A stretch of 64,000 nucleotides of DNA, from positions 36,759-100,758 of the forward strand of contig SBBC01000013.1 in the NCBI GenBank assembly GCA_005239865.1, given 5' to 3'. Position numbers and translations under genes: made by a program. Numbering within the stretch: the stretch's first letter is position 1; each line of letters starts with the position of its first letter. The stretch is from Candidatus Microgenomatus auricola (GTDB lineage: Bacteria; Patescibacteriota; Patescibacteriia; SBBC01). Of the stretch, positions 56,373 through 64,000 are shown one piece after another. Under the pieces are notes generated by a model. The model was not told the origin of the DNA, made no database searches, and was given only the letters and a program-made list of their open reading frames with translations.

Positions 56373-57719
56373 TCAGCCTGGCGGCAAGTACTTCAACGGA
56401 TCATCCGGTATACCGTTAACGCGTACTTCAAAATGCAGGTGCGGTCCAGTAGTCAACCGCCCGGCTCCGGCAGTGCCTGGCGTCCCGCCTGACTTGCCGA
56501 TTACCTGTCCTCGCTTAACCGTATCTCCTTCGCTGACGTTGACCTGACTCAAGTGTCCGTACACTGTCGCTAGGTCGCCGCCATGGACGATGGTGATGAA
56601 ATTGTAGGCGGACCACAGGATTTGTCCTTGGCTGTTCTTGACCCAGTCGACTTTCCGGGCAATCGCCACGACGCCATCAGCCGCGGCGGTCACGGTCGAA
56701 CCGTGCGCAGTGCGAATATCGATGGCCGGGTGCTCAAAGATTTTCCGAAACGGATAGGTCGGATCATGGAAATAGGCGCTTATCCCCTTGCTCGTGTCAA
56801 TCGGCCAGGAGAGCTGTCCGGGCTGGACAAACGAGACGCCCTCGCCACGCGCCGCCAGACGGTCGTTGACCTGCTGGATGAGCGTCTCGATCTCCTGATC
56901 GACGGACGCCGCCTGCTGCTTCAATTCCTGGAGCAGCGCTTGATACTTGGTTTCTGAATTCTTCGTCGCATCGAGCAGGTTGGTCTTGTAACTCTCCTGG
57001 TCTTCGAGGAGCGCCTGTTGGCCTTCCAGTTCTTGTCGCTTCTCATCGAGCGCGGTCTGCTTCGAGGTCAGATCCTCTTTACCCGCTTCGAGTTTTCGTT
57101 TTGTCTCGAGGACGCGATTGAGCGCCTCCTCGATCGAGGTGCTCAAGGCATGCAGATTTTGGACGCGCGAGAAGAAGCTCGAGAATGTTTGTTCTTGGAC
57201 GACGAGTTCGAGCTGGCTCGTCTGGTCGGTTTCGTAGAGACGGCGGAGCAGCGAGGCCAGTTCGTCGCGGTGTGCAGCAATGTCATATTCACGGGCCACG
57301 ATGTCGCGCTCGATTCTCCGGATTTCCAGCTGCAGCGACTCAATCTCGGCCTGGTTGAGTTTCAGCGCCACGGCGGTTTGCCCGATCGTATCCTCAAGGA
57401 TTCGCAGCTCTGATTGAAGCGAGGCCCGTTCATTCTGCTTGCCCTCGAGTTGCCGCTCGTAAATTTGGGTTTGGCGTTTCAGTTCGTCGATGTGTTGGCG
57501 CTTGGCTTCAATCTGCTGGTTAAGTTCATCGATCTCCGTGGTGATCGGTTCGACGGATGGTACAGCGTCGGGCGCGCTGTTGATGTTTGCATCAACGTTG
57601 ACGTTGAAATTCGTATCGGCGTTTGTCTGCGCCAACGCCAAACCGCTGGTCAAGACCAGGAACAGGGCGCTCATGACAGCCAAGAAAACGCGATAGATGA
57701 TTTTGGGTTTTTTGTCCAT
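56373..57719 (-). CDS. Secreted M23 metallopeptidase with long coiled coil (EnvC/CwlO-like)
   Basis: Signal peptide, about 250 aa coiled coil, HPAID (HxxxD), YGHL and GPHLHFEVR. Confidence 0.92.
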   Translation of the reverse strand: MDKKPKIIYRVFLAVMSALFLVLTSGLALAQTNADTNFNVNVDANINSAPDAVPSVEPITTEIDELNQQIEAKRQHIDELKRQTQIYERQLEGKQNERASLQSELRILEDTIGQTAVALKLNQAEIESLQLEIRRIERDIVAREYDIAAHRDELASLLRRLYETDQTSQLELVVQEQTFSSFFSRVQNLHALSTSIEEALNRVLETKRKLEAGKEDLTSKQTALDEKRQELEGQQALLEDQESYKTNLLDATKNSETKYQALLQELKQQAASVDQEIETLIQQVNDRLAARGEGVSFVQPGQLSWPIDTSKGISAYFHDPTYPFRKIFEHPAIDIRTAHGSTVTAAADGVVAIARKVDWVKNSQGQILWSAYNFITIVHGGDLATVYGHLSQVNVSEGDTVKRGQVIGKSGGTPGTAGAGRLTTGPHLHFEVRVNGIPDDPLKYLPPG

Positions 57720-57772
57720 GCGACAAGAAGAGTATAGCACAAAGAAGCCGAGGATTTCAAGCGCCCTGACGA

Positions 57773-59236
57773 CTATAAAAAATGCTCAATCCGACGAAGG
57801 CTTTCCGCGCGGCCGAGCAGTGCGAGAACGGCGAACACGTCCGGGCTGGCTGCCCGCAACGTCAACGCCACCCGCAGCGGCCACAGCACGTTGATGTTTT
57901 TCTTTTCGGCCTTCGCGATGGCAGCCAACATCGCCGCTTTCAACGTTTGATCATCCCAGGGCTCGACCTGACCTTCCAGCCATGTTTTCGCCCAGCGAAG
58001 ATTATCTGGCACGTTCTCTTTCCTCCCCGGCTTCGGCGTGAGCAGCGCTCGATCGAATGCTTTCGCTTCCTCGTTCCAGCCGGTCGTGAACACAAAGTTG
58101 ATGAGCTCGTTGATCTCGGACAACCGTTTCATGCGTTCTCGCACCAGTGCCAGCGCTTTCAGCGTCCACTCGCGGGCGGGCTTTTCACCACCCGGAATCT
58201 TCCACCAGACCGAAAGCCGTTCAAGCAATTGCTCGATCGGCAAATTGCGGATGTACACACCATTCATCCATTCGAGTTTTCGGCGGTCGAAGATCGCGCC
58301 GGCGGGATGGATGTCGGCCAGCCGGAATTCCGACAAAATCTCCTGGCGCGACAGCACCTCGTGATCGCCCTTCGGGTGCCAGCCCATGAGCGCCAGAAAG
58401 TTCTGCATCGCCTCGGGCAAAAATCCCTCATCGCGATACGCTAAGGCCGACGTGGCGCCGTGACGTTTCGACAATTTTGAGCGGTCCGGTCCTAAGAGGA
58501 GCGGCAGATGCGCAAACACGGGCGGGGTCCAACCAAAAGCATCGTAGAGAAAAAGATGCTTCGGCGCCGAAGGCAACCATTCCTCCGCCCGAATGATGTG
58601 TGAAATTTCCATCAGGTGATCATCAACGACGTTGGCTAGGTGGTAGGTTGGAAAACCATCAGCTTTCAGGAGGACGCTATCGTCAAGCTGGTCGAAACGG
58701 AAGGTCACCCGGCCGCGAATGACATCATCCAAGACGATCGTACCGTGAGGCGGGAGCTTAATTCGAATGACCGACGGTTCACCAGCTTCCACCCGCCGCT
58801 TGGCTTCCGTCGGCGGAATGGAAGCACAGCGTTTGTCATAACGCGGCGGCTGCTTGAGGGCCAGTTGCTGTTGCCGTAGTTCCGCCAGCCGCGCGGTCGT
58901 ACAAAAACAGTAATATCCCCTCCCCTGCTCAACGAGTTGCGCCACGTGCTGATGGTACATAGCCAGTCGCTGACTCTGGATATATGGCCCATGCGGTCCG
59001 CCTTGTTCCGGCCCTTCGTCTGGCAGGACGTCATACCAAGCCAGGGCTTCGTAAATCTTCTGGAGTGAGCCCGGGACGAAGCGCTGCTGATCAGTATCCT
59101 CGATCCGTAGAACGAACGTACCACGATGTTGACGGGCAAACATCCAGTTGAACTGCGCAGTCCAGAGACTGCCGACGTGGGGATCGCCGGTCGGCGACGG
59201 CGCGAAGCGGACGCGGACTGGCTTATGAAGCACCAT
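57773..59236 (-). CDS. gltX: Glutamate--tRNA ligase
   Basis: RVRFAPSPTG.PHVG, LRIEDTD, PTYHLANVVDD and KLSKR. Confidence 0.96.
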   Translation of the reverse strand: MVLHKPVRVRFAPSPTGDPHVGSLWTAQFNWMFARQHRGTFVLRIEDTDQQRFVPGSLQKIYEALAWYDVLPDEGPEQGGPHGPYIQSQRLAMYHQHVAQLVEQGRGYYCFCTTARLAELRQQQLALKQPPRYDKRCASIPPTEAKRRVEAGEPSVIRIKLPPHGTIVLDDVIRGRVTFRFDQLDDSVLLKADGFPTYHLANVVDDHLMEISHIIRAEEWLPSAPKHLFLYDAFGWTPPVFAHLPLLLGPDRSKLSKRHGATSALAYRDEGFLPEAMQNFLALMGWHPKGDHEVLSRQEILSEFRLADIHPAGAIFDRRKLEWMNGVYIRNLPIEQLLERLSVWWKIPGGEKPAREWTLKALALVRERMKRLSEINELINFVFTTGWNEEAKAFDRALLTPKPGRKENVPDNLRWAKTWLEGQVEPWDDQTLKAAMLAAIAKAEKKNINVLWPLRVALTLRAASPDVFAVLALLGRAESLRRIEHFL

Positions 59237-59978
59237 CTCGAAATTTCTCCTGGAGGATGGCAATCGGAAACTCGACGACCGCGGTCATGATCCGACGCCA
59301 GCGCCGTCGCGGCTGACGCACTAGCCGCCACAGCCACTCCAAGCCGAGCGTCCGCACCAGGCGCGGTGGCTCGGGGACAACCCCGCCGAGGTAGTCGAAC
59401 GCACCCCCGACGCCTATCGCCACCTGGACGTGTCCGAGGGCGTGACGATGACGATCGATCCAAAGTTCTTGCCGCGGCGCACCGAGCGCCACCAAGAGAA
59501 TCTCCGCTTTGGAGCGTCGAATCCGCCAGCAGACCAAGCGATCGGGCAGACGAAACCAACGGCGGAACCCACTTTCGACGCCCACCACACTCAAACCGCG
59601 GTACTCCTTCGCGATCCGCGCCGCTACCCGTTCGGCCACTCCGGGCATCGCACCGTAGAGGAAGATCCGCCAGCCCTCGCGGCCGGCTCGCGGAAAAAGT
59701 CTTCGCAACAGATCCATCCCGGTCACCCGTCGTAACCGTCCACGTCGCAAGAAATGCCCGGCCAGGACGACCCCGAAGCCGTCCGGGAGCGAAAGCTCGG
59801 CCCGTCGCAGAACATCGCGAAATAGTTGATTGGTCTTCGCCATCATGAGAAACTCCGGTCCGGCTGTCACCACTTGGCAAAACTTCTGGTGTTCGATGGC
59901 TTGGGCGATGCGTCGCAGGACGTCGTCGATCATGACGGCGTCGAACGGAATACCGAGAATGGTCGTCCGTGTATTCAT
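59223..59978 (-). CDS. WecG/TagA-family glycosyltransferase
   Basis: PDG.GV, RVTGMDL, VALGAPRQE, GVGGAFD and GLEWLWRL..QP.R. Confidence 0.93.
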   Translation of the reverse strand: MNTRTTILGIPFDAVMIDDVLRRIAQAIEHQKFCQVVTAGPEFLMMAKTNQLFRDVLRRAELSLPDGFGVVLAGHFLRRGRLRRVTGMDLLRRLFPRAGREGWRIFLYGAMPGVAERVAARIAKEYRGLSVVGVESGFRRWFRLPDRLVCWRIRRSKAEILLVALGAPRQELWIDRHRHALGHVQVAIGVGGAFDYLGGVVPEPPRLVRTLGLEWLWRLVRQPRRRWRRIMTAVVEFPIAILQEKFRDGAS

Positions 59979-60034
59979 GTCAGGTCCAGTTCAATTTGTA
60001 GTATATCATGAATTTCGCTATACTGAAGAGGTCC

Positions 60035-61477
60035 ATGGATCGTCGAACCATCCGAACATTCTTACCGTTGAAATGCATCCTGATGGGAATGTCGGCGTTC
60101 GCGCTCGCAGCCGCGGGGCTGGTGCCCGCCACTCCAGTTCGCGCCGTGAGCAACGACTTTATCTTGAGCGACGCCGATTTCCTCGACGCCGAAGCGATGA
60201 GTGCTGACCGCATCCGGCGATTCCTTGAAGATCGCGGCAGTTTTCTGGCTGACTACTCGGTCGATGACGGAGGCACGACGAAAAAAGCGGCTCAACTCCT
60301 GGCTGAGGTATCGCGCGACTACGGTCTGAGCCCAAAATTTTTCCTGACCCTCCTCCAGAAAGAACAATCGCTCGTGACTGATCCAAATCCGACGCCGAAC
60401 CAACTCGATTACGCCCTCGGCTACGGCTGCCCGTCAACATGCAGCTCGGCTTACAAAGGATTTGCCACCCAGCTCCGTGCCGCCGGGGCGCGGATCCACG
60501 ACGATTACCTGCCAGCCCTCCGGGAACACGGACAGTTCAACGGTTGGGGTCCCGGCATCGCCAAACTGACGATTGACAACCTCCTGGTCACGCCGGCCAA
60601 CATTGCCACAGCCGTCCTCTATATCTACAATCCCTACGTCGGGAAGTACGGCGGCGGCGATCAGCGCTACGGCGCGAACTCCTTGTTCCAACAACTCTGG
60701 CTACGCTGGTTCGTGCGGAAACATCCGGACGGCTCGCTCCTTCGCGTGCGCGGCCAGCCGGGGATCTGGCTCATCCGCGATGGCCGTCGATCGGCCTTTC
60801 TCTCGCGCGCCGCTTTTGTCAGTAACTATGACCCCGAAAAGGTCGTTACTGTCGATCGTGACGAAATTGAAACCTATGAAGTCGGTTCGCCGATTCGTTA
60901 TCCAGAACCATCTCTTCTCCAACTGCGCACCGGCGGCGTGTATCTCCTGGTCAATGGCATGAAGCGCCCGCTGGCCTCGCACGAAACGCTGCGCCTTCTC
61001 GGCTATAACCCCGAAGAGATCATTCGCGGCGTTGACGCCGCCGAGCTCGAGATTTACCCGAAAGGTGATCCAATCACCGAACACGACACCTTTCCGACCG
61101 GGCGTCTCCTCCAATCCACGACCTCCGGCGGCGTGGCCTACATCGGCACCGATGACCTGCGTCATGCCATTTACTCAAAAGAGATCTATCGTTCACAATT
61201 CCGCAACCAGCGACCGCAACGCGCATCGGAAGAAGAGTTGTTATCGTACCCCGAAGGCGACCCGGTGAAATTCCGCGACGGTGAAATCGTCGCCTCCCGG
61301 ACCGAGCGAAAAATCTACTTTATCTCCAACGGCCAACGACGACCCATTCCCGATATCGAAACGTTCCGCGAGTTGGGCTTGAAGATAAAAAACCTCGTCT
61401 GGACGAACGATCGTTCGCTGGCCGCGCATCCGCTCGGCGAAGCTTTAAGCGATCTGTCAACCAACCCAGGGTCATAA
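60035..61477 (+). CDS. Secreted protein with putative lysozyme-like N-domain and four C-terminal repeats of about 60 aa
   Basis: Signal peptide ending in VRA; SPK..L..LQKEQSL, ALGYGCP and ATA.LY.YNP; repeats span about 60719-61447. Confidence 0.75.
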   Translation: MDRRTIRTFLPLKCILMGMSAFALAAAGLVPATPVRAVSNDFILSDADFLDAEAMSADRIRRFLEDRGSFLADYSVDDGGTTKKAAQLLAEVSRDYGLSPKFFLTLLQKEQSLVTDPNPTPNQLDYALGYGCPSTCSSAYKGFATQLRAAGARIHDDYLPALREHGQFNGWGPGIAKLTIDNLLVTPANIATAVLYIYNPYVGKYGGGDQRYGANSLFQQLWLRWFVRKHPDGSLLRVRGQPGIWLIRDGRRSAFLSRAAFVSNYDPEKVVTVDRDEIETYEVGSPIRYPEPSLLQLRTGGVYLLVNGMKRPLASHETLRLLGYNPEEIIRGVDAAELEIYPKGDPITEHDTFPTGRLLQSTTSGGVAYIGTDDLRHAIYSKEIYRSQFRNQRPQRASEEELLSYPEGDPVKFRDGEIVASRTERKIYFISNGQRRPIPDIETFRELGLKIKNLVWTNDRSLAAHPLGEALSDLSTNPGS

Positions 61478-61479
61478 CC

Positions 61480-62277
61480 ATGCCCTTCATCGGCGCTGCA
61501 ATCGTCCCCCACTCACCCCTCCTCTTGCCGTCGATCGGCAAGGAGTACCACCGACAAACAAAAAAAACCCAGCGCGCGCTGGCCGCAGTCAGTCATGAAC
61601 TCTACGGACTCCAGCCCGATGTGCTCGTCATTCTCCATCCCCATGGTCAGCACCTCGAGGAGGCGTTTGGCGTCAACATCGCCGATCGCTTCACGATCGG
61701 ATTCACCGAATTCGGCGACCTCGTCACCACGACCACACGACCGGGTGCCGTCACCCTCGGTCAACTGATCAGGGAACGAGCCGAGGATAGCGGCTTCCCG
61801 GTAACGCTCATCCACGATCCTTCGCTCGGGTATGCGACCGGTGTGCCGCTGGTGCTCGTGGCCGATCATCTTCCGGCGGTCGGGTTGCTGCCGATCCGAC
61901 CGACCACGCTTGATCCCCAGACCCACGTCCATGCTGGTCGCCTCCTGGGAGAGGAATTTGACGCCGCCCGACAACGCATCGCGGTCATCGCCAGCGCCGA
62001 ACTCTCCCACCATCTCACGCCAGCCGCCCCGGGCGGTCAGCGCCCCGAGGGCAAAACCTTCGACGCCACGGTCCTTCGTTCGCTCCAAAAAAAATTCTGG
62101 GCAGAACACTTGCTTCGGATCGATGACGTGATTGTGGAACAAGCGGATGCCTGCGGCTATCGGCCACTCTTGATGCTGGCTGGCCTCGTGGCTCGAAAAA
62201 ATATCGCGATCCGAAAACTGGCGTACGAACATCCATTCGGGATTGGCTTGTTAACCGCCAATCTCACGTTAACCTAA
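61480..62277 (+). CDS. LigB/MEMO-fold protein (AmmeMemoRadiSam protein B-like)
   Basis: VPHSP.L.P.IG, PH, IASAELSH, G..FD, CG.R and YE.PFGIG. Confidence 0.78.
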   Translation: MPFIGAAIVPHSPLLLPSIGKEYHRQTKKTQRALAAVSHELYGLQPDVLVILHPHGQHLEEAFGVNIADRFTIGFTEFGDLVTTTTRPGAVTLGQLIRERAEDSGFPVTLIHDPSLGYATGVPLVLVADHLPAVGLLPIRPTTLDPQTHVHAGRLLGEEFDAARQRIAVIASAELSHHLTPAAPGGQRPEGKTFDATVLRSLQKKFWAEHLLRIDDVIVEQADACGYRPLLMLAGLVARKNIAIRKLAYEHPFGIGLLTANLTLT

Positions 62278-62284
62278 ACCTACC

Positions 62285-64000
62285 ATGATTGCCCGCGTCG
62301 CCCCACTCCTGCGTCTGCCGCGGGCGCTTGGCGTCTTCGACTACCGTCTTCCGGAAACGATGACTGTTGTCGTCGGGAGTATCGTCCGAATCCCCTTTCG
62401 CCGCCGCTCACACATCGGCGTGGTTCTGGAACTCGCGTCAACTAGCTCCCTCGCTCCCGCAAACATCCTCGCCCTCAACGCAGTCATCAGTCAGTCTCCC
62501 CTCCTGCCCCTCCCCCAACTACAAGCGGCGCAACAGATCGCGCACGAGGGTTTTACCTCAATCGCCACGACCCTGCGAAGCATCATCCCGTCGCTCCGGC
62601 TCCGGACGGCCATCAGTCTTTTGCCACCGTCATCGCCAGCACCGGATCGAACCTGGCGGAATGAACTTGATAGTCTAACGGGCTCCCAACAGGACGTCGC
62701 ACTGATCTCGTACCTCAATGATCACTCTCGGACGACCTTCTACGAACATCTGGTGGCGCTCGCACAAAAACACCATCGTTCAACTCTACTCATCGTGCCA
62801 ACGATCGCCCGCCTGCGGGCCTACGCTCGCCTCTTTCCTCGCGCCTTCCTTCTCCACCACGGTCTGCCCGCGAGGCAATACCGCGAACTCTTTCTCAACA
62901 TCCGCAATGGACAGTCACTCATCGTCATCGGAACACGTTCGGCCATTTTCGCCCCGCTGACTGATCTCGGACTGGTCATCATTGACGACGAGGACGCCGA
63001 CGAACACGTCCAAGAAGAGCCGAGTCCGCGTTTCGACTGTCGAAGTGTGGCGGCCGCTCTGGTTACCCGGACCGGCGGAAAACTGGTGCTCATGAGTCGA
63101 CTCCCCTCGCTTCAATCTTTTCTCCAATATGGCGTTCACGAACATCTTGATGCCCCTCCACAAATCACAGTTGCGTTTGTTGACCTTGATGAACAGCGTG
63201 ACCAGCACGACTACCGAATAGTGCCTGATGTAACGCTGGCCGCGCTTCAGCGGGTTGCCGCGCAAGGGCGTCGCGCCGTCATCGTTCACCATCGCCGCTC
63301 GCTCTTCGGTTCGCTCGAATGCCGGGACTGCGGCTTCATCCCGACCTGCTCGATCTGCCGCGTCCCGCTGCGACAGGACGGGGCAGTTCTCGTCTGTCGT
63401 CACTGCGGGCAGACCGCCAACATTCCCTTGACCTGTCCGCGCTGCCGGGGTTACTCGCTGCGCGGACGCGGTCGTGGGATTGAGTATCTCGTCCTGGAAC
63501 TCCGCCGGGCTGGTCTCAAACCGGTCATCGCCGGGGCGACCGACTCCGATCGCGGGCTGATCCTCGTGACCACCCCGTCGCGCCTGGATGAACTTGATCT
63601 CTCGGAGGTCACCCTGGCCGTCATCACGCGTTACGATAGTTTGCTCTCCGTGCCCCGGATTGATGCCGAGGAACGCGCCCGACGGATCCTCCGCATGCTG
63701 GCGGCGAAAATTTCAGTTGGTGGAACGTTGTTGGTCCAGGGGTCGCGCGGTTACGAAGAACTTTCCCGAACGGTGTTCGACGATCGTGTGCTCGAGCAGG
63801 GGCGGGAGGAACGCGAACGCTTCGGCTACCCGCCCGCCTGGAACCTCCTGGCCTTACGCCGCCGCTTAGTGGCACGCGCGCCGGGCCTGACCGCGAACGA
63901 ACTCGTCCGCCGACTCAAACGACACGATCCGACCTTGCTCATCATTGGACCACAGCGTTCCCGCGGTCGGTCCCGCATCGATCCGGGTGGCGATCTCGTC
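62285..64000 (+). CDS. priA: Primosomal protein N' (PriA), 3'-partial, with degenerate helicase motifs (not in the ORF track)
   Basis: Manual translation: FDYRLP..VGSIVRIPF, IVIGTRSAIFAPL.DLGLVIIDDE, four CxxC pairs and ER.RFGYPP; no stop seen before the window end. Confidence 0.88.
   Translation, partial: MIARVAPLLRLPRALGVFDYRLPETMTVVVGSIVRIPFRRRSHIGVVLELASTSSLAPANILALNAVISQSPLLPLPQLQAAQQIAHEGFTSIATTLRSIIPSLRLRTAISLLPPSSPAPDRTWRNELDSLTGSQQDVALISYLNDHSRTTFYEHLVALAQKHHRSTLLIVPTIARLRAYARLFPRAFLLHHGLPARQYRELFLNIRNGQSLIVIGTRSAIFAPLTDLGLVIIDDEDADEHVQEEPSPRFDCRSVAAALVTRTGGKLVLMSRLPSLQSFLQYGVHEHLDAPPQITVAFVDLDEQRDQHDYRIVPDVTLAALQRVAAQGRRAVIVHHRRSLFGSLECRDCGFIPTCSICRVPLRQDGAVLVCRHCGQTANIPLTCPRCRGYSLRGRGRGIEYLVLELRRAGLKPVIAGATDSDRGLILVTTPSRLDELDLSEVTLAVITRYDSLLSVPRIDAEERARRILRMLAAKISVGGTLLVQGSRGYEELSRTVFDDRVLEQGREERERFGYPPAWNLLALRRRLVARAPGLTANELVRRLKRHDPTLLIIGPQRSRGRSRIDPGGDLV

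Noticed and set aside
58705-59880. 391 aa minus-strand ORF
   Set aside because: Alternative frame over wecG and gltX; Arg-rich and non-protein-like.
62367-63875. Short ORFs listed in the track at the window end
   Set aside because: All are explained by the single priA frame starting at 62285, which the track omitted because it has no stop in the window.

Overview
Housekeeping-rich chromosomal window, almost all on the + strand. It probably comes from a Patescibacteria/CPR bacterium; this is inferred from the shortened AlaRS, RpoA lacking the alpha-CTD, degenerate PriA, frr directly abutting rseP and characteristic hypothetical families. Contents in order: the tail of a cell-wall/division cluster with two enzyme fusions (PgeF-MurD, ftsW, MurG-MurB); raiA; secA; a repeat-bearing L,D-transpeptidase behind a structured leader; secD with an inserted, apparently circularly permuted parvulin domain; secF; a three-gene block (sigma-region-4/winged-helix protein, membrane protein, VirD4/HerA-like ATPase); a deacetylase; mnmA; alaS; a separately promoted infA-rpmJ-rpsM-rpsK-rpsD-rpoA-rplQ-rplM-rpsI operon; a surface-glycan cluster including a DUF4012 protein and a second mreB; holB-frr-rseP-mreBCD-pbp2; greA; lysS; serS; alr; ftsQ; a P-type ATPase; an M23 peptidase; gltX; wecG/tagA; a secreted repeat protein; and a 3'-partial priA with decayed helicase motifs. 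No rRNA, tRNA, CRISPR array or mobile element was recognised. All calls come from reading motifs by eye, without database searches.
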